From contig OZ246397.1 of the NCBI GenBank assembly GCA_965230945.1, forward strand, positions 239,701-303,700: DNA of 64,000 nt, read 5' to 3'. The stretch is from an uncultured Gammaproteobacteria bacterium. GTDB lineage: Bacteria > Patescibacteriota > Microgenomatia > PFEM01 > JAPLYW01. This document shows, one piece after another, positions 26,922-38,072 of the stretch. The translations under genes were made by a program, and so were the position numbers. The notes below the pieces were generated by a model, which worked only from the letters and a program-made list of their open reading frames with translations, was not told the origin of the DNA and did not search any database. Positions within the stretch are counted from its first letter, which is position 1, and each line of letters starts with the position of its first letter.

Positions 26922-27844
26922 TTTTCCTCCCTTAGCTTCCAATCAACACCTTTTTTCTTTAAGGCACTTCGAACCGTTTTAACAGATTTTTCACCAAGGT
27001 TTTTGACCTTAGCTAAATCTCCAGGAATAGCTCCTAATAAATCAGCAACTGTTCCGTAGCCGCTTTTTCTCAAAGCGTTAACGATCCTCGTTGGCAAATC
27101 AAGCTCTTCTAAGGTCAAACTGCTTACTTCAGCATCAACTAAAGCTTTCTTTTCTTTTTTAACCTTAACCTTTTTAGGCTGAACAAGCTGATTAAAAAAG
27201 GCAATCAAAAGCCTGGCACTTGACTTTAAAGCCTCTTTCGGTTTAATACTGCCATCGGTAGTAATTTCCATCACCAACTTATCAAAGTCGGTTCTCTGCC
27301 CCACACGGGTAGCTTCCACCTGATAGTTAACCCTTTTAATAGGGCTAAAGGCGGCATCAACCGGGATAACCCCCAGTTTATCTGACTTTCTTTCACTGGC
27401 CGGTAGATAACCAAAACCCCTCTCAACAAGAATCTCTGCCTTTAACTTATTATTCCTGCTTGAAAGATTAGCCAAGACATGATCCTTATTGACAATTTCC
27501 ACTCCGGCGGTAGTTTCAATATCGCCAGCCTTAACCTTGCCTGGGCCGGTCTTCTCCAGTTCTAACTTAACGGGTTTATGTCCATCATATTTAATCCTGA
27601 CCTCCTTAAGATTTAAAATAAACTCAACAATGTCTTCACTCATTCCTTCTAGAGTAGAGAATCTATGTTTGACACCGTTGATTTTAACTTGACTTATGGC
27701 TGTCCCAGGTAAACTGGTTAAAAGCACCCGACGCAAAGAATTACCCAAGGTTTGACCATAACCTTGCTCCAACGGCTCAATTATAAAACGACCAAAGTCA
27801 TTTTTATTTTCTTCGGTTTTGATACTAAAAAGCGTTTTAAGCAT
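26918..27844 (-). CDS. rpoA: RNA polymerase alpha subunit
   Basis: EPLEQGYGQTLGNSLRRVLL; CTD NLGEKS. Confidence 0.97.
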   Translation of the reverse strand: MLKTLFSIKTEENKNDFGRFIIEPLEQGYGQTLGNSLRRVLLTSLPGTAISQVKINGVKHRFSTLEGMSEDIVEFILNLKEVRIKYDGHKPVKLELEKTGPGKVKAGDIETTAGVEIVNKDHVLANLSSRNNKLKAEILVERGFGYLPASERKSDKLGVIPVDAAFSPIKRVNYQVEATRVGQRTDFDKLVMEITTDGSIKPKEALKSSARLLIAFFNQLVQPKKVKVKKEKKALVDAEVSSLTLEELDLPTRIVNALRKSGYGTVADLLGAIPGDLAKVKNLGEKSVKTVRSALKKKGVDWKLREEK

Positions 27845-27871
27845 TTTTTGCCTCCTTTGATATTTTAATTA

Positions 27872-28495
27872 TTAACGCGAATAATATTCAACTATTAATT
27901 GTTCTTCAATGTCACCTTCAATTTCTTTTCTTTCAGGCAGTCTTACCATCTGTCCCACAGCTGCCTTTTTCCTTAACCAAGCAGGCAGTTTTCCTTTGTC
28001 CGCCAAAGCTTTTTTAACTTCATCTATTTTTAAAGCCTTTCCATCCAAGCTCATCGTTTGTCCCGGCTTCACTTGATAAGAAGCTATATTAACCTTTTTA
28101 CCATCCACTAAAACGTGTTTATGGGAAACTAATTGTCTGGCCAAGCTTCTTGACGGAACAAATTTTAAACGATAAACAATATTATCCAATCTTGATTCTA
28201 ACATTTGCAGTAATCTCTCACCAGAATTTCCTTTGCTTCTAGCTACCTTTTGAAAATAATTTCTAAATTGTTTCTCTAAAACCCCATAAATTCTTTTTGC
28301 TTTTTGTTTTTCTCTTAGCTGTCGGCCATAGTCGCTGATGCGCGCTCTCGAAGTCTTTAATCCATGTTGCCCCGGCGGGACGGCCCCTTTTCGATCCAGT
28401 GGACAAGTTGGTGAATAACAACGATCACCCTTTAAAAAGAGTTTTGTTTTTTCGCGACGACATAATCTGCATTTAGGTCCTAGATATCTTGCCAT
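27872..28495 (-). CDS. rpsD: 30S ribosomal protein S4
   Basis: MARYLGPKCRLCRRE, LESRLDN, IVEYYSR. Confidence 0.97.
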   Translation of the reverse strand: MARYLGPKCRLCRREKTKLFLKGDRCYSPTCPLDRKGAVPPGQHGLKTSRARISDYGRQLREKQKAKRIYGVLEKQFRNYFQKVARSKGNSGERLLQMLESRLDNIVYRLKFVPSRSLARQLVSHKHVLVDGKKVNIASYQVKPGQTMSLDGKALKIDEVKKALADKGKLPAWLRKKAAVGQMVRLPERKEIEGDIEEQLIVEYYSR

Positions 28496-28497
28496 AT

Positions 28498-28839
28498 TTA
28501 TACTCTCCTTCTTTTCCTTGCCCGCGGCCCATTATGAGGAATAGGAGTAATATCAGCAATTAAGCTCATCTTAAGTCCTACCGCCTTCAAGGCCCGTAAA
28601 GCAGCATCTCTTCCCGGACCAGGTCCTTTAATATAAACTTCAACTTCTGTTACTCCTAAAGATTGGGCTTTCTTAGCTACTGAGTCAACAGCCGTAGTCG
28701 CTGCATAAGGAGTTGACTTTCTCGTTCCCTTAAACCCTAAAGTACCTGTTGATCCCCAGCATAGCGTATCACCTTTAGTATCAGTAAAGGTAACGACGGT
28801 ATTATTAAAAGTAGCACTGACAAAAACTTTGGCTTTCAT
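28498..28839 (-). CDS. rpsK: 30S ribosomal protein S11
   Basis: [26 protein letters not shown]. Confidence 0.96.
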   Translation of the reverse strand: MKAKVFVSATFNNTVVTFTDTKGDTLCWGSTGTLGFKGTRKSTPYAATTAVDSVAKKAQSLGVTEVEVYIKGPGPGRDAALRALKAVGLKMSLIADITPIPHNGPRARKRRRV

Positions 28840-28845
28840 TTTTAA

Positions 28846-29253
28846 TTATTCTTCTTGTTTTTCGCCTGTTCTCATTCTAGTTAAGTTATCTTTCTTCATG
28901 GCTCCGATGGTCCTTCGTTTCCCACGTTTAGTACGAGCGTTAGAACGAGTCCGCTGTCCTCTTACTGGCAATCCTGCATTATGACGATAACCGCGGTAAC
29001 AGCTAATGGACTTCAGCCTCTGAATATCCTCAGAGATCTTTTTACGCAGATCACCTTCAACTAAAAAGCTATCCAGAGCTTTGGTAATTCTAGACAGCTC
29101 CTCATCAGTTAACTTACCAATCTTTTTTCCTGCATCAACTTTAGCTGTTTTAAGTACTTCTAAAACATTTTTACGGCCCAAACCATAAATATAAGTCAAG
29201 CCGGTCTCGACTCTTTTATCCTCTGGTAAATCGATGCCTATAATTCTTCTCAT
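28846..29253 (-). CDS. rpsM: 30S ribosomal protein S13
   Basis: LTYIYGLG, LPVRGQRTRSNARTKRG. Confidence 0.96.
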   Translation of the reverse strand: MRRIIGIDLPEDKRVETGLTYIYGLGRKNVLEVLKTAKVDAGKKIGKLTDEELSRITKALDSFLVEGDLRKKISEDIQRLKSISCYRGYRHNAGLPVRGQRTRSNARTKRGKRRTIGAMKKDNLTRMRTGEKQEE

Positions 29254-29259
29254 CTTTAA

Positions 29260-29373
29260 TTAACCCTGCCTTTGTCTATGAGTAGGGTTTGGACAAATAA
29301 TAAATAGTTTGTTGCGGCGTCGTACGATTTTACATTTATTACAACGCTTCTTGACACTTGATTTAACTTTCAT
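29260..29373 (-). CDS. rpmJ: 50S ribosomal protein L36 (not in the ORF track)
   Basis: [37 protein letters not shown]. Confidence 0.96.
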   Translation of the reverse strand: MKVKSSVKKRCNKCKIVRRRNKLFIICPNPTHRQRQG

Positions 29374-29374
29374 C

Positions 29375-29593
29375 TTAAAGCCTTCTTACAATCCTACCTT
29401 TTTCATCATCATAAGGTGTCATTTCCAGTTCAAGTTTATCACCTACCATAACCTTAATATGATATATTCTCATCTTGCCTGATAAATGACACAAAATAAT
29501 TCTCCCATCCTCTAGTTTTACCCTAAAAGTAGCATTCGGTAGAGCTTCTACAACTTCACCTTTTAATTCAATCTTCTTTTCCTGTTTAACCAT
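29375..29593 (-). CDS. infA: Translation initiation factor IF-1
   Basis: [25 protein letters not shown]. Confidence 0.96.
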   Translation of the reverse strand: MVKQEKKIELKGEVVEALPNATFRVKLEDGRIILCHLSGKMRIYHIKVMVGDKLELEMTPYDDEKGRIVRRL

Positions 29594-29644
29594 TTTTGGT
29601 CATTATATTTTATCAAACCTATAGCCTTTCGTCTAGAACCTAAA

Positions 29645-30397
29645 TTAAGTTGTCAAAATTACAGGCTTCTGCCCTCTGACAAGGACTGTATGTTCAAAAA
29701 GCCCGGCCAGTTTCTTATCAGTTGTTTCTACTGTCCAATTATCATCCTTTAAAGTTAGTTCCGGACTCCCTTGAACATAAATAATTTCAATAGCTAAAGT
29801 CATACCATCTCTAAGTAAATCTGTTTTTTCTAATCTCCCTGGTAAAAAACAAGGAATAATCGGCTCTTCGTGCAGTTTTTCACCAACACCATGTCCGGTT
29901 AGACTTTCTACCGGACGATAGCCTGCTTTTTTAATCTCTTTTTCAATTGCCTGAGAGATATGACCTACTCTTTTACCTGCCTTAGCTTGATTGATAGCCA
30001 TTCTTAAAGCTTTTTTGCCGGTCTCTAAAAAATGCTTTTTTCTCTTGTCTTCACTTTCACCAACTAAAACCGTGGTGGCCATATCAGTATGCAGTTCTTT
30101 GTAAAAGATACCCACATCAATACTTAAAAGATCTGCTTTTTTTAATTTGTAATCACTGGGGATGCCATGAACGACGCCCTGATTAATGTTTAAACAAGTT
30201 GCCCAGTGATAACCAGATACCATTTTAAAAGAAGCTTTCCCTCTCTGATCCTTAATCAATTTCGCCGTTAAATTCTCTAAAGAGGATAAAGACTTGCCAA
30301 CAGCAACCTCTTTTTGAACCTGCCTCAAAACCTCAGCTAATCTCTTGCCTCCCTCAATCATCAAACTTAGCTGCTTTTGGTTTTTAATGGGTATCAT
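29645..30397 (-). CDS. map: Type I methionine aminopeptidase
   Basis: VVHGIP, D..D, GHGVG..LHE, FEHT. Confidence 0.94.
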   Translation of the reverse strand: MIPIKNQKQLSLMIEGGKRLAEVLRQVQKEVAVGKSLSSLENLTAKLIKDQRGKASFKMVSGYHWATCLNINQGVVHGIPSDYKLKKADLLSIDVGIFYKELHTDMATTVLVGESEDKRKKHFLETGKKALRMAINQAKAGKRVGHISQAIEKEIKKAGYRPVESLTGHGVGEKLHEEPIIPCFLPGRLEKTDLLRDGMTLAIEIIYVQGSPELTLKDDNWTVETTDKKLAGLFEHTVLVRGQKPVILTT

Positions 30398-30400
30398 TAG

Positions 30401-30934
30401 CTAATCTAAATCAAGTTTTCTTAAAATATCTTGATGGATTTTTTCAATTTCTCTTTCTCCATCAATTTCAAGTAAAATTCCTTTTTCTTTGTAAAAATCT
30501 AAGACTTGTTTAGTCTCTTCATGATAGACATTTAATCTTTCTTTAATAGCTTCTCCTGTATCATCTTTTCTTCCTCTTTTAAATAATCTTTTTTTACTTT
30601 CTTCATCAGAAACATTAATATACAAAACCTTTTCTAATTCAAAATCAAACTCTTGAGCTTGTTCGACATTTCTTGGAAAACCATCGATAACTACCCCATC
30701 CTCATAAGAAGATGATTTCAATTGTTCATTTAAAATCCTTAAAGTTAATTCATCATCAACTAAAGTTCCTTCTTCCATGGCTTTTTTTATTTCTTTTGCT
30801 TCCTCAGTATCCGCTTTAGAAATATAAGAGAGTAAATTACCAACAGTTAAACAAGGAACACCTAAAAATTCAGCTAACATTTTAGCCTGAGTTGATTTAC
30901 CTGATCCTGGTGGTCCTAAAACAATAAAATTCAT
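30401..30934 (-). CDS. adk: Adenylate kinase (short-LID type)
   Basis: GPPGSGKSTQA, DGFPR, RGRKDD; position after secY. Confidence 0.9.
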   Translation of the reverse strand: MNFIVLGPPGSGKSTQAKMLAEFLGVPCLTVGNLLSYISKADTEEAKEIKKAMEEGTLVDDELTLRILNEQLKSSSYEDGVVIDGFPRNVEQAQEFDFELEKVLYINVSDEESKKRLFKRGRKDDTGEAIKERLNVYHEETKQVLDFYKEKGILLEIDGEREIEKIHQDILRKLDLD

Positions 30935-32221
30935 CTATTTGGTAAAAGTATCATAACTACGCATGACCATCATCGATTCTAGCTGTCTAGTAGTTTCTAA
31001 AATTACCGAGACAACAATAAGAATTCCTGTTCCTCCTAAACTCATCGTCGCTACCTTGGTTAGACCCTGAGCAATTGAAGGCAGAATGGCAATAAAACCT
31101 AAGAAAATGGCGCCTACCAAAGTAATCCTGCTGAGAATTCTATTCAGATAATTAGCCGTTGGCGAACCCGGCCTGATCCCAGGTATAAAGCCGCCATACT
31201 TCTTAATCTCCTCGGCAACCTTTTTAGGATTAAAGACCACCGCCGTGTAAAAGTAAGCAAAACCAATAACCAGTAAGAAATAAATAAGATTATAAAAAAA
31301 CCCATCAGGTCTAAAAAATCTAGTTACTCCTAAAGCAAATCTAGCCACAAGGTCATTAGGTACTCCTTGTAAAAAGTTAGCCACCATCGAAGGTAAGAGA
31401 ACTAAAGAAACAGCAAAAATAATGGGGATGACACCTGCTTGATTAATTTTTAAAGGCAGGTAAGTGGATTGACCTCCATACATTTTCTGTCCACTAATAC
31501 GACGCGCGTATTGAATTCTTATCTTTCGAGAAGCTTCATTAATAAAAACAATACCAGCAATGACAGCAACTCCCATAATGGCAAAAATTAAAATATTAAA
31601 GGCATTCTCAGGGCTAATAATGGCGGCCGTTTGTCCAAAAGAAACCGGAATTCGCCCGACGATACCAGCAAAAATAATCATGGAAATACCATTGCCAATT
31701 CCTTTTTCAGAAATTAATTCTCCCAGCCACATCAAAAAGACCGTCCCTGCCACCATGGTAACCACCATAGTTAAAAGCCTCAAAGGATCCAGGCTAGGAA
31801 TAATCTGTTGATTCTTTAACAAGGCATACATACCGAGAGATTGCATGGCTGCTAGAGGTATGGTAGCCGTCCTAATATATTGGTTAATTTTTTTCTGCCC
31901 ATATTCACCCTCTTTAGAAAGAGCTTCTAATTTAGGAATGACCATCGTTAGTAATTGAAAAATAATGGAGGCATTAATGTAGGGGTTTAAACCCAAGGCC
32001 ATAATGGAAAAATTGGCCAAGGTCCCTCCAGAAAAAATATCCAGAAGGCCCAAAAGCTGGTTTTTAGCAAAAAGACTACGCAAGGCAACGACATCTACTG
32101 CCGGAATCGGAATATGAGCAGCTAAACGGAAAACTACAAAAATGAAAGCTGTGAATAAAAGACGCCGGCGAAGCTCGGGAATCTTCCAAGCATTAACAAT
32201 AGTTCTAATTATTTGATTCAT
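30935..32221 (-). CDS. secY: Preprotein translocase subunit SecY
   Basis: [27 protein letters not shown]. Confidence 0.97.
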   Translation of the reverse strand: MNQIIRTIVNAWKIPELRRRLLFTAFIFVVFRLAAHIPIPAVDVVALRSLFAKNQLLGLLDIFSGGTLANFSIMALGLNPYINASIIFQLLTMVIPKLEALSKEGEYGQKKINQYIRTATIPLAAMQSLGMYALLKNQQIIPSLDPLRLLTMVVTMVAGTVFLMWLGELISEKGIGNGISMIIFAGIVGRIPVSFGQTAAIISPENAFNILIFAIMGVAVIAGIVFINEASRKIRIQYARRISGQKMYGGQSTYLPLKINQAGVIPIIFAVSLVLLPSMVANFLQGVPNDLVARFALGVTRFFRPDGFFYNLIYFLLVIGFAYFYTAVVFNPKKVAEEIKKYGGFIPGIRPGSPTANYLNRILSRITLVGAIFLGFIAILPSIAQGLTKVATMSLGGTGILIVVSVILETTRQLESMMVMRSYDTFTK

Positions 32222-32681
32222 CTTTTACTTTTTTACTAAGAACTTGTCCGCCAGCCTGCTTAATCTTTTTAATGGCTGCTTTAGAACAAGGCAAAGCAAC
32301 TTCTAAGGAGACCTTAAGATCGCCATCGCCTAGGATTTTAACTCCAGACTTTTGAGTATCTTTACCTTCAACGATTCCCATCTTAGCCAAACTTAACAAA
32401 TCAACTTTACTATCTTTTTTAAATAAATTAAGATAGTAAAGATTAATTGGCAAAGGTTTGTTTTTAACAGATTTTGACTTTCCTTTTCCGCGCCTAAGCG
32501 GCAATTTTTTAAGTAATGACTTTTTAATTTTAGTTCCCTCAAAAGTCAAAGGAATTTTACCCCTTGCCTTGGCCCCTTTAGAACCACGACCGACAGTATG
32601 GCCTCCTTTACCTGAACCATAACCTCGCCCCAATCTTTTTTTAGATCTCTTGGTGCTTTTTTTTAAATTATTAAGCTCCAT
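32205..32681 (-). CDS. rplO: 50S ribosomal protein L15
   Basis: [20 protein letters not shown]. Confidence 0.95.
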   Translation of the reverse strand: MELNNLKKSTKRSKKRLGRGYGSGKGGHTVGRGSKGAKARGKIPLTFEGTKIKKSLLKKLPLRRGKGKSKSVKNKPLPINLYYLNLFKKDSKVDLLSLAKMGIVEGKDTQKSGVKILGDGDLKVSLEVALPCSKAAIKKIKQAGGQVLSKKVKDESNN

Positions 32682-32683
32682 CG

Positions 32684-33151
32684 TTATTTTTTAACCTCCT
32701 TTTTACATAAACCATCTAGCTTTTTTAAAGCCTCTATAGTGGCATAAACATTACTTGCCTTGTTATTGGTACCTAAGATTTTAGCTACCACATCACGTAT
32801 GCCTGCTAATTCTACGACCATCCTCACCGGTCCTCCAGCAATAAGACCTGTTCCTTCTGGGGCTGGTTTAATTATAATCCTAGCCGCTCCTTTTTTCATT
32901 CTTACTTCATAGGGGATGGTTGTCTTTTTTAATGGGACTTCAATTAAATTCTTTCTAGCTTTGCTCATCCCTTTTTTAATAGCGCCTCTAACATCTAAAG
33001 CCTTCCCCAAGCCAACACCAACCTTGCCTTTTCTATCGCCAATAACCGCTAGAACAGAAAAACCAATTCGATTGCCTCCTTTTGTTTTTTTAGAAACACG
33101 ACTTATTTGGACAATTTTCTCTTCAAATTCTTTTACTTGATTTCCGTACAT
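32684..33151 (-). CDS. rpsE: 30S ribosomal protein S5
   Basis: RVSKKTKGG, PAPEGTGLIAGG. Confidence 0.96.
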   Translation of the reverse strand: MYGNQVKEFEEKIVQISRVSKKTKGGNRIGFSVLAVIGDRKGKVGVGLGKALDVRGAIKKGMSKARKNLIEVPLKKTTIPYEVRMKKGAARIIIKPAPEGTGLIAGGPVRMVVELAGIRDVVAKILGTNNKASNVYATIEALKKLDGLCKKEVKK

Positions 33152-33474
33152 TAAAAATCTAAACCTCCTTTTCTGGCTGCTTCAGCCAAGACTTTGATGC
33201 GCCCGTGGTACTTATAAAAACGGCGATCAAATCTAATTTTTTTAATACCTGCTTTTTGCGCTCTTTGAGCTAAAAGCTCACCAACTAAAGCCGCTTTCTC
33301 TCTTTTGGTCATTTCCTCCTTTAGACTTTTTTTACCTAAATCTTTTTCCTTAGCAGATACTAAAGTCAGACCCTTATCATCATCAATGATCTGGGCATAG
33401 ATATATTTATTGGAACGGAAAACCGCCAATCGAAAACGTTTGTCTTTAATGATTTTTTTATTTTCTTTTGTCAT
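33151..33474 (-). CDS. rplR: 50S ribosomal protein L18
   Basis: [25 protein letters not shown]. Confidence 0.96.
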   Translation of the reverse strand: MTKENKKIIKDKRFRLAVFRSNKYIYAQIIDDDKGLTLVSAKEKDLGKKSLKEEMTKREKAALVGELLAQRAQKAGIKKIRFDRRFYKYHGRIKVLAEAARKGGLDF

Positions 33475-34043
33475 TATTTTTCTCCACCAATACCGACGGC
33501 TCCTGCCCTACCAGCTTTACCAGCCTTTCTTCTTACCTGCTCATCTTCATAACGAATACCTTTGCCCTTATAGGGTTCCGGTGGCCGGAAACTGCGAATC
33601 TGCGCGGCTATTTGCCCCACCAAAGCTTTATCAATTCCGGAAACGACAACCACATTATTACCTTGAACTTCAAATTTAACCCCTTGAGGAGATTCCATCT
33701 CCACCGGATGAGAAAAACCCAAAGAAAAGATTAATTTATTACCTTCCAGTTTCACTCTATAACCCGTTCCCACTATTTTCAAAGTTTTACTAAACCCATT
33801 AGTAACCCCCTCAACCATATTGGCAATCAAGGTTCTCCCTAAGCCATGCAAAGCCCTCATTCTTTTTTCTTCTGTTTTTTTATTAATCAGTAAAATTCGT
33901 TTGTCTTTAATTTCTAACTTTAAACCGAAAGGTATTTTATAAGTTAAACTTCCCTTAGGACCTGAGACCTCTATCTGATGGCCTTCAAGCTTAACGTTAA
34001 CATCCTCTGGAATAATAATTGGTTTTTCCCCAATTCTGCTCAT
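33474..34043 (-). CDS. rplF: 50S ribosomal protein L6
   Basis: [21 protein letters not shown]. Confidence 0.97.
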   Translation of the reverse strand: MSRIGEKPIIIPEDVNVKLEGHQIEVSGPKGSLTYKIPFGLKLEIKDKRILLINKKTEEKRMRALHGLGRTLIANMVEGVTNGFSKTLKIVGTGYRVKLEGNKLIFSLGFSHPVEMESPQGVKFEVQGNNVVVVSGIDKALVGQIAAQIRSFRPPEPYKGKGIRYEDEQVRRKAGKAGRAGAVGIGGEK

Positions 34044-34059
34044 AATCTATCTCCTTTAA

Positions 34060-34458
34060 TTACCAAATTTGGCAAATAACCTCTCCGCCAAGATTGCTTT
34101 CCTTAGCTTGTCTATTTGTCATCAATCCTTGAGGAGTAGAAACAATGGTAATCCCTCTTCCTTCTTTAACATAAGGAATCTTTTTAGCCCTAGCATAAAT
34201 TCTTACCCCTGGCTTGGAAATTCTTTTAACCTCTGTTAAAACCGGACGATGAGACTTGTATTTTAAAGTAAGTTTTAATTTATTAAAACCTTTCTCTTCA
34301 TCTTCTGTCTTAACTGATTTAAGATAGCCTTCTTTGACCAAAATCTGGGCAATTTCATTTAACATTTTAGAAAAATCAGTAACCACCGTTTTCTTACCGG
34401 CTAAATAGGCATTTTTTATTCTGATGAGCATATCAGCAATTGGATCTGTATTTACCAT
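34060..34458 (-). CDS. rpsH: 30S ribosomal protein S8
   Basis: [26 protein letters not shown]. Confidence 0.96.
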   Translation of the reverse strand: MVNTDPIADMLIRIKNAYLAGKKTVVTDFSKMLNEIAQILVKEGYLKSVKTEDEEKGFNKLKLTLKYKSHRPVLTEVKRISKPGVRIYARAKKIPYVKEGRGITIVSTPQGLMTNRQAKESNLGGEVICQIW

Positions 34459-34637
34459 GATGATTTAGTTACTCCCGGCAACTCTCCTTTATTGGCTAAT
34501 TCTCGAAAACAAATTCTGCATAAACCAAAAAGGCGCATGTAAGCTCTGGGGCGTCCACAAAGCCTGCAGCGGTTATGCTGCCGCGTCGAATATTTTGCTT
34601 TCTTCTGGTTTTTTACCATTTTTGATGTTTTAGACAT
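34452..34637 (-). CDS. rpsN: 30S ribosomal protein S14, zinc-binding type
   Basis: RCRLCGR...LCRICFR..GVTKSSW; start at ATG 34637. Confidence 0.95.
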   Translation of the reverse strand: MSKTSKMVKNQKKAKYSTRQHNRCRLCGRPRAYMRLFGLCRICFRELANKGELPGVTKSSW

Positions 34638-34638
34638 T

Positions 34639-35187
34639 CTACCTTCTACCTTTCTCAAACGGCATTCCTAGCTCAACTAACAATCGCTTAGCTTTCTCAT
34701 CATCACCAGCATTGGTAACAAAGGTAATTTGTAAACCCCGAACTTTATCAATCTTAGCATAATCAACTTCTGGAAAAACAATCTGTTCTCTAATGCCTAA
34801 ATTATAATTACCTTGACCATCAAAACCCTTTAAAGAGACTCCCTTAAAGTCGCGCAGTCTCGGTAAAACAATCTTAAATAGTTTTTCCAAAAAGATATAC
34901 ATTCTTTTCCCTCTTAAGTTAACCACCAAACCGATAACATCCCCCTCCCTTAATTTAAATCCGGCAATAGACAAACGAGCCTTGGCTAATTTAGGCTTTT
35001 GTCCAGTAATAGCTTGTAAATCTGCGGATGCTTTCTCAATAATTTTTTTATCTTCTGTGGCCTCACCAATACCCATATTAACAACCACCTTTTCCACTCT
35101 AGGAACAGCCAAAACACTTTTAAGCTTAAATTTCTTAACTAGCTTTGCTTTAATTTCCTTTTGATATCTCTCTTCCAAGTTAGTCAT
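34639..35187 (-). CDS. rplE: 50S ribosomal protein L5
   Basis: [22 protein letters not shown]; start at ATG 35187. Confidence 0.96.
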   Translation of the reverse strand: MTNLEERYQKEIKAKLVKKFKLKSVLAVPRVEKVVVNMGIGEATEDKKIIEKASADLQAITGQKPKLAKARLSIAGFKLREGDVIGLVVNLRGKRMYIFLEKLFKIVLPRLRDFKGVSLKGFDGQGNYNLGIREQIVFPEVDYAKIDKVRGLQITFVTNAGDDEKAKRLLVELGMPFEKGRR

Positions 35188-35189
35188 TC

Positions 35190-35495
35190 TTATAATATAG
35201 CTCCACATTTTTTACAAAGGCGCTGTTTTTCTCCTTTACTAAGCTGAAAGCCTACTCTTGTCTTCTTATCACATTTGGGACATAAAAGAGCCACATTGGC
35301 TGCTGACAAAGGCATTACCTTATCAATAATGCCTCCCGGCTTACCTTGACCTTGAGGCTTGATATGTCTTTTGTAAATATTAACTCCCGGGACTAAAACT
35401 TTGTCTAATTTAGGAAAAACTTTATCAATTTTCCCTTTTCGACCTTTGTCTTTACCCCTAATAATAATGATTTTGTCACCTTTTTTTAACTTCAT
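35190..35495 (-). CDS. rplX: 50S ribosomal protein L24
   Basis: [16 protein letters not shown] motif. Confidence 0.95.
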   Translation of the reverse strand: MKLKKGDKIIIIRGKDKGRKGKIDKVFPKLDKVLVPGVNIYKRHIKPQGQGKPGGIIDKVMPLSAANVALLCPKCDKKTRVGFQLSKGEKQRLCKKCGAIL

Positions 35496-35860
35496 ATAAG
35501 CTCCGGTGCTAAAGACGCTATTTTTGCATAACCTTTATCTTTTATTTCCCGAGCAACTGGACCAAAAATACGAGTTCCTCTAGGATTACCATCTTTATCA
35601 ATAATAATAACTGCATTATCGTCAAAACGAACATAGGAGCCATCTTCTCTTTTAAATTCTTTTTTAGTACGAACAATTAAAGCTTTAACCATTTCTTTAT
35701 CTTTTACCACCCCATTAGGATCAGCCTGGTCAACAGTAGCCAAAACAACATCGCCAATTCTAGAAAAACGGCGTTTTGAACCACCGTAAAGATGAATAAC
35801 CATCAATCTTTTGGCACCACTATTATCGGCCGGCTTAACAATACTTCTCAGTTGAATCAT
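35492..35860 (-). CDS. rplN: 50S ribosomal protein L14
   Basis: [23 protein letters not shown]. Confidence 0.97.
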   Translation of the reverse strand: MIQLRSIVKPADNSGAKRLMVIHLYGGSKRRFSRIGDVVLATVDQADPNGVVKDKEMVKALIVRTKKEFKREDGSYVRFDDNAVIIIDKDGNPRGTRIFGPVAREIKDKGYAKIASLAPELI

Positions 35861-35862
35861 AA

Positions 35863-36099
35863 TTACTTTTTCTTTTTAATAATCTCTGTAATTTTCCATT
35901 TTTTGGTTTTACTAATCGGTCGGCAATCTTGAAACCTAACCTTATCATTTATCTTAACTCCCATCTCATCATGAACATGATAAATCCTCCTTGCCTTAGT
36001 TCTCTTCTTATAAAGAGGGTGAACCTTAATCTTGGTTACTAAAACTTTAGCCGTTTTAGGCATTTTAGTGCCGACAACAAGACCACTAAATTGCTTCAT
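35863..36099 (-). CDS. rpsQ: 30S ribosomal protein S17
   Basis: [17 protein letters not shown]. Confidence 0.95.
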   Translation of the reverse strand: MKQFSGLVVGTKMPKTAKVLVTKIKVHPLYKKRTKARRIYHVHDEMGVKINDKVRFQDCRPISKTKKWKITEIIKKKK

Positions 36100-36299
36100 A
36101 AACCTAGCTCCTTTTCTCTAATAATAGCCTTAATCTTAGCTAAATCACGTCTTTTATCACCTAAAGTATGGACATTTTTTAATTTTGCCGTTTTTTTATC
36201 CATTCTTAATTTAAAAATCTCTTCATCAATTTTCTTAGCTAAATCTTTTAAATCTTTTAAATCTTTACTGTGTAGTTCTTGAAATTCTTTCTTTTTCAT
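36096..36299 (-). CDS. rpmC: 50S ribosomal protein L29
   Basis: Operon position; RRDLAKIKAI. Confidence 0.88.
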   Translation of the reverse strand: MKKKEFQELHSKDLKDLKDLAKKIDEEIFKLRMDKKTAKLKNVHTLGDKRRDLAKIKAIIREKELGL

Positions 36300-36301
36300 C
36301 T

Positions 36302-36712
36302 TTATTCTTGTTTACTTATAATTTTAACCTTAAAAGGTAGTTTTGCGGCCGCCCTCTTCAAAGCCTGGGAAGCAATATCCTTTGGCACTCCAGCTAATTC
36401 AAAAATTACCTTACCGGGAACAATAGGCACCACAAAAGATTCAATATCACCTTTGCCGCCACCCATTCTGACACCAGTTGGTTTTTTAGTAATTGGTTTA
36501 TCCGGAAAAACTCTAATCCAGACCTTACCAGCCCTTTTGGTATGATGAGAAATCGCTTTTCGAGCCGCTTCTATCTGACGATCAGTTAACCAACTTCGAC
36601 CCAAGCTTTTAAGTCCATACTCTCCAAAAGAAAGACGACTGTCCCTTGAGACAAAGCCTCTCATTTTACCACGAAACTGTTTTTTATACTTACTTTTTCT
36701 TGGTTGCAGCAT
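36302..36712 (-). CDS. rplP: 50S ribosomal protein L16
   Basis: QIEAAR, WIRVFPDKP, RMGGGKG. Confidence 0.97.
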   Translation of the reverse strand: MLQPRKSKYKKQFRGKMRGFVSRDSRLSFGEYGLKSLGRSWLTDRQIEAARKAISHHTKRAGKVWIRVFPDKPITKKPTGVRMGGGKGDIESFVVPIVPGKVIFELAGVPKDIASQALKRAAAKLPFKVKIISKQE

Positions 36713-36717
36713 AAATT

Positions 36718-37383
36718 TTAAGCAGTCTCCTCCTTTTCACCCCTATAAATCCAAACTTTAACCCCTATATAGCCTGACCTTGTCAGGGCTGGCACACTGG
36801 CATAATCAATATTAGCCCGCAAGGTCTGAGCAGGAATATTACCTGTTTTGCCCTTATCGCCAAATTTTTCCGTACGACTAATTTCAGCTCCGTTAATTCT
36901 CCCTGATAAAACAACTTTAACTCCCTTTGCTCCAGCAGCCATGACGTTTTCAATGGTCCGACTAACTACTCTTCTATGGGGGAATCTCTTCTCTAGCTGC
37001 TCAGCAATCCTCGAAGCCACTAAAAAGGCGACCAGATCAGGATTTTTAATTTCTACTGCTTCTATCTCTAGATTCTTTTCTGGTTGAGCCATGGTAACCA
37101 TCTGACAAAGTTCTTTTTTAAGAGTCTCTAATCCTGAACCACCACGACCAATAACTACCCCAGGCCGGCTAACAGGCAAGATAATCTTCATCTTGTTAAT
37201 TGAGCGTTCTATTTGAACCTGAGCGATCCCCGCCAATTTTAGTTTCTCCATTAGAAACCTTCTCACCTTAACATCTTCAAGAAGATCATGTTGGTATTGC
37301 TTCTTATCCACTGAAAACCAACGTGATTTCCAGTTTTTCAAATCTGGCAATCTAAAACTGTTAGGATTAACTTTTTGTCCCAT
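36718..37383 (-). CDS. rpsC: 30S ribosomal protein S3
   Basis: MGQKVNP, RPGVVIGRGG, GVKVWIY. Confidence 0.97.
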   Translation of the reverse strand: MGQKVNPNSFRLPDLKNWKSRWFSVDKKQYQHDLLEDVKVRRFLMEKLKLAGIAQVQIERSINKMKIILPVSRPGVVIGRGGSGLETLKKELCQMVTMAQPEKNLEIEAVEIKNPDLVAFLVASRIAEQLEKRFPHRRVVSRTIENVMAAGAKGVKVVLSGRINGAEISRTEKFGDKGKTGNIPAQTLRANIDYASVPALTRSGYIGVKVWIYRGEKEETA

Positions 37384-37780
37384 TCTTTTTGACGCTCCTT
37401 TCTTTTTTAACTGTCCCCTTATCTATTCCTTTGTTTTCTTTTGGTCTTTGCTTACCTTCAAGAATCATTCTAATATGACTGGTTCTTTTTAAAATCTGAT
37501 GCCAATAGCCTCTGGAACCAGGCCGACCTCTTTTAAGTGTCGGTCCTTCACCAATTTCTAAGCTTTTAACTACCAGGCTTTCTTTAACTAAATCAGAGTT
37601 TTTGACGGCATTAGCCACAGCCTGCTTCAAAGTTAAAAGCAGTGGTTGGGTAGCTCTCTTATTCAAGCCAACTAAGATTTTTTCTGCTTGGACAACCGGC
37701 AAACCACGCACCACATTAGCCACTAATCTTAATTTGCGAGGGCTCGTTCTAATATATTTACTTTTAGCAACAATTTCCAT
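37367..37780 (-). CDS. rplV: 50S ribosomal protein L22
   Basis: RTSPRKLRLV, GPTLKR, KRTSHI. Confidence 0.96.
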   Translation of the reverse strand: MEIVAKSKYIRTSPRKLRLVANVVRGLPVVQAEKILVGLNKRATQPLLLTLKQAVANAVKNSDLVKESLVVKSLEIGEGPTLKRGRPGSRGYWHQILKRTSHIRMILEGKQRPKENKGIDKGTVKKERSVKKNGTKS

Positions 37781-37785
37781 ATTTT

Positions 37786-38070
37786 TTAAGTTTTACTAAT
37801 AATTCGCTTGACCACCTTACCGTGGCCTCTAAAAGTCCTCGTTGGCGCAAATTCACCTAAACGATGTCCAACCATTTCCTCACTTATAAAAACATCAATA
37901 AAAATCTTACCGTTATGGACCTGAAAAGTATGATTAATAAACTCCGGTGGAATTTGACTAGATCGGGCCCAAGTCTTAATGGCTTCTTTTTTACCTGATT
38001 TTTTTTGAGCCATTACCTTCTTAAGTAACTTTTGGTCAATATGAGGTCCCTTTTTACTTGATCTTGACAT
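37786..38070 (-). CDS. rpsS: 30S ribosomal protein S19
   Basis: [22 protein letters not shown]. Confidence 0.97.
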   Translation of the reverse strand: MSRSSKKGPHIDQKLLKKVMAQKKSGKKEAIKTWARSSQIPPEFINHTFQVHNGKIFIDVFISEEMVGHRLGEFAPTRTFRGHGKVVKRIISKT

Positions 38071-38072
38071 AA

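Noticed and set aside
32682-32683. Absence of rpmD (L30) as a novelty
   Set aside because: Loss of L30 is an established CPR trait; used only as taxonomic evidence.
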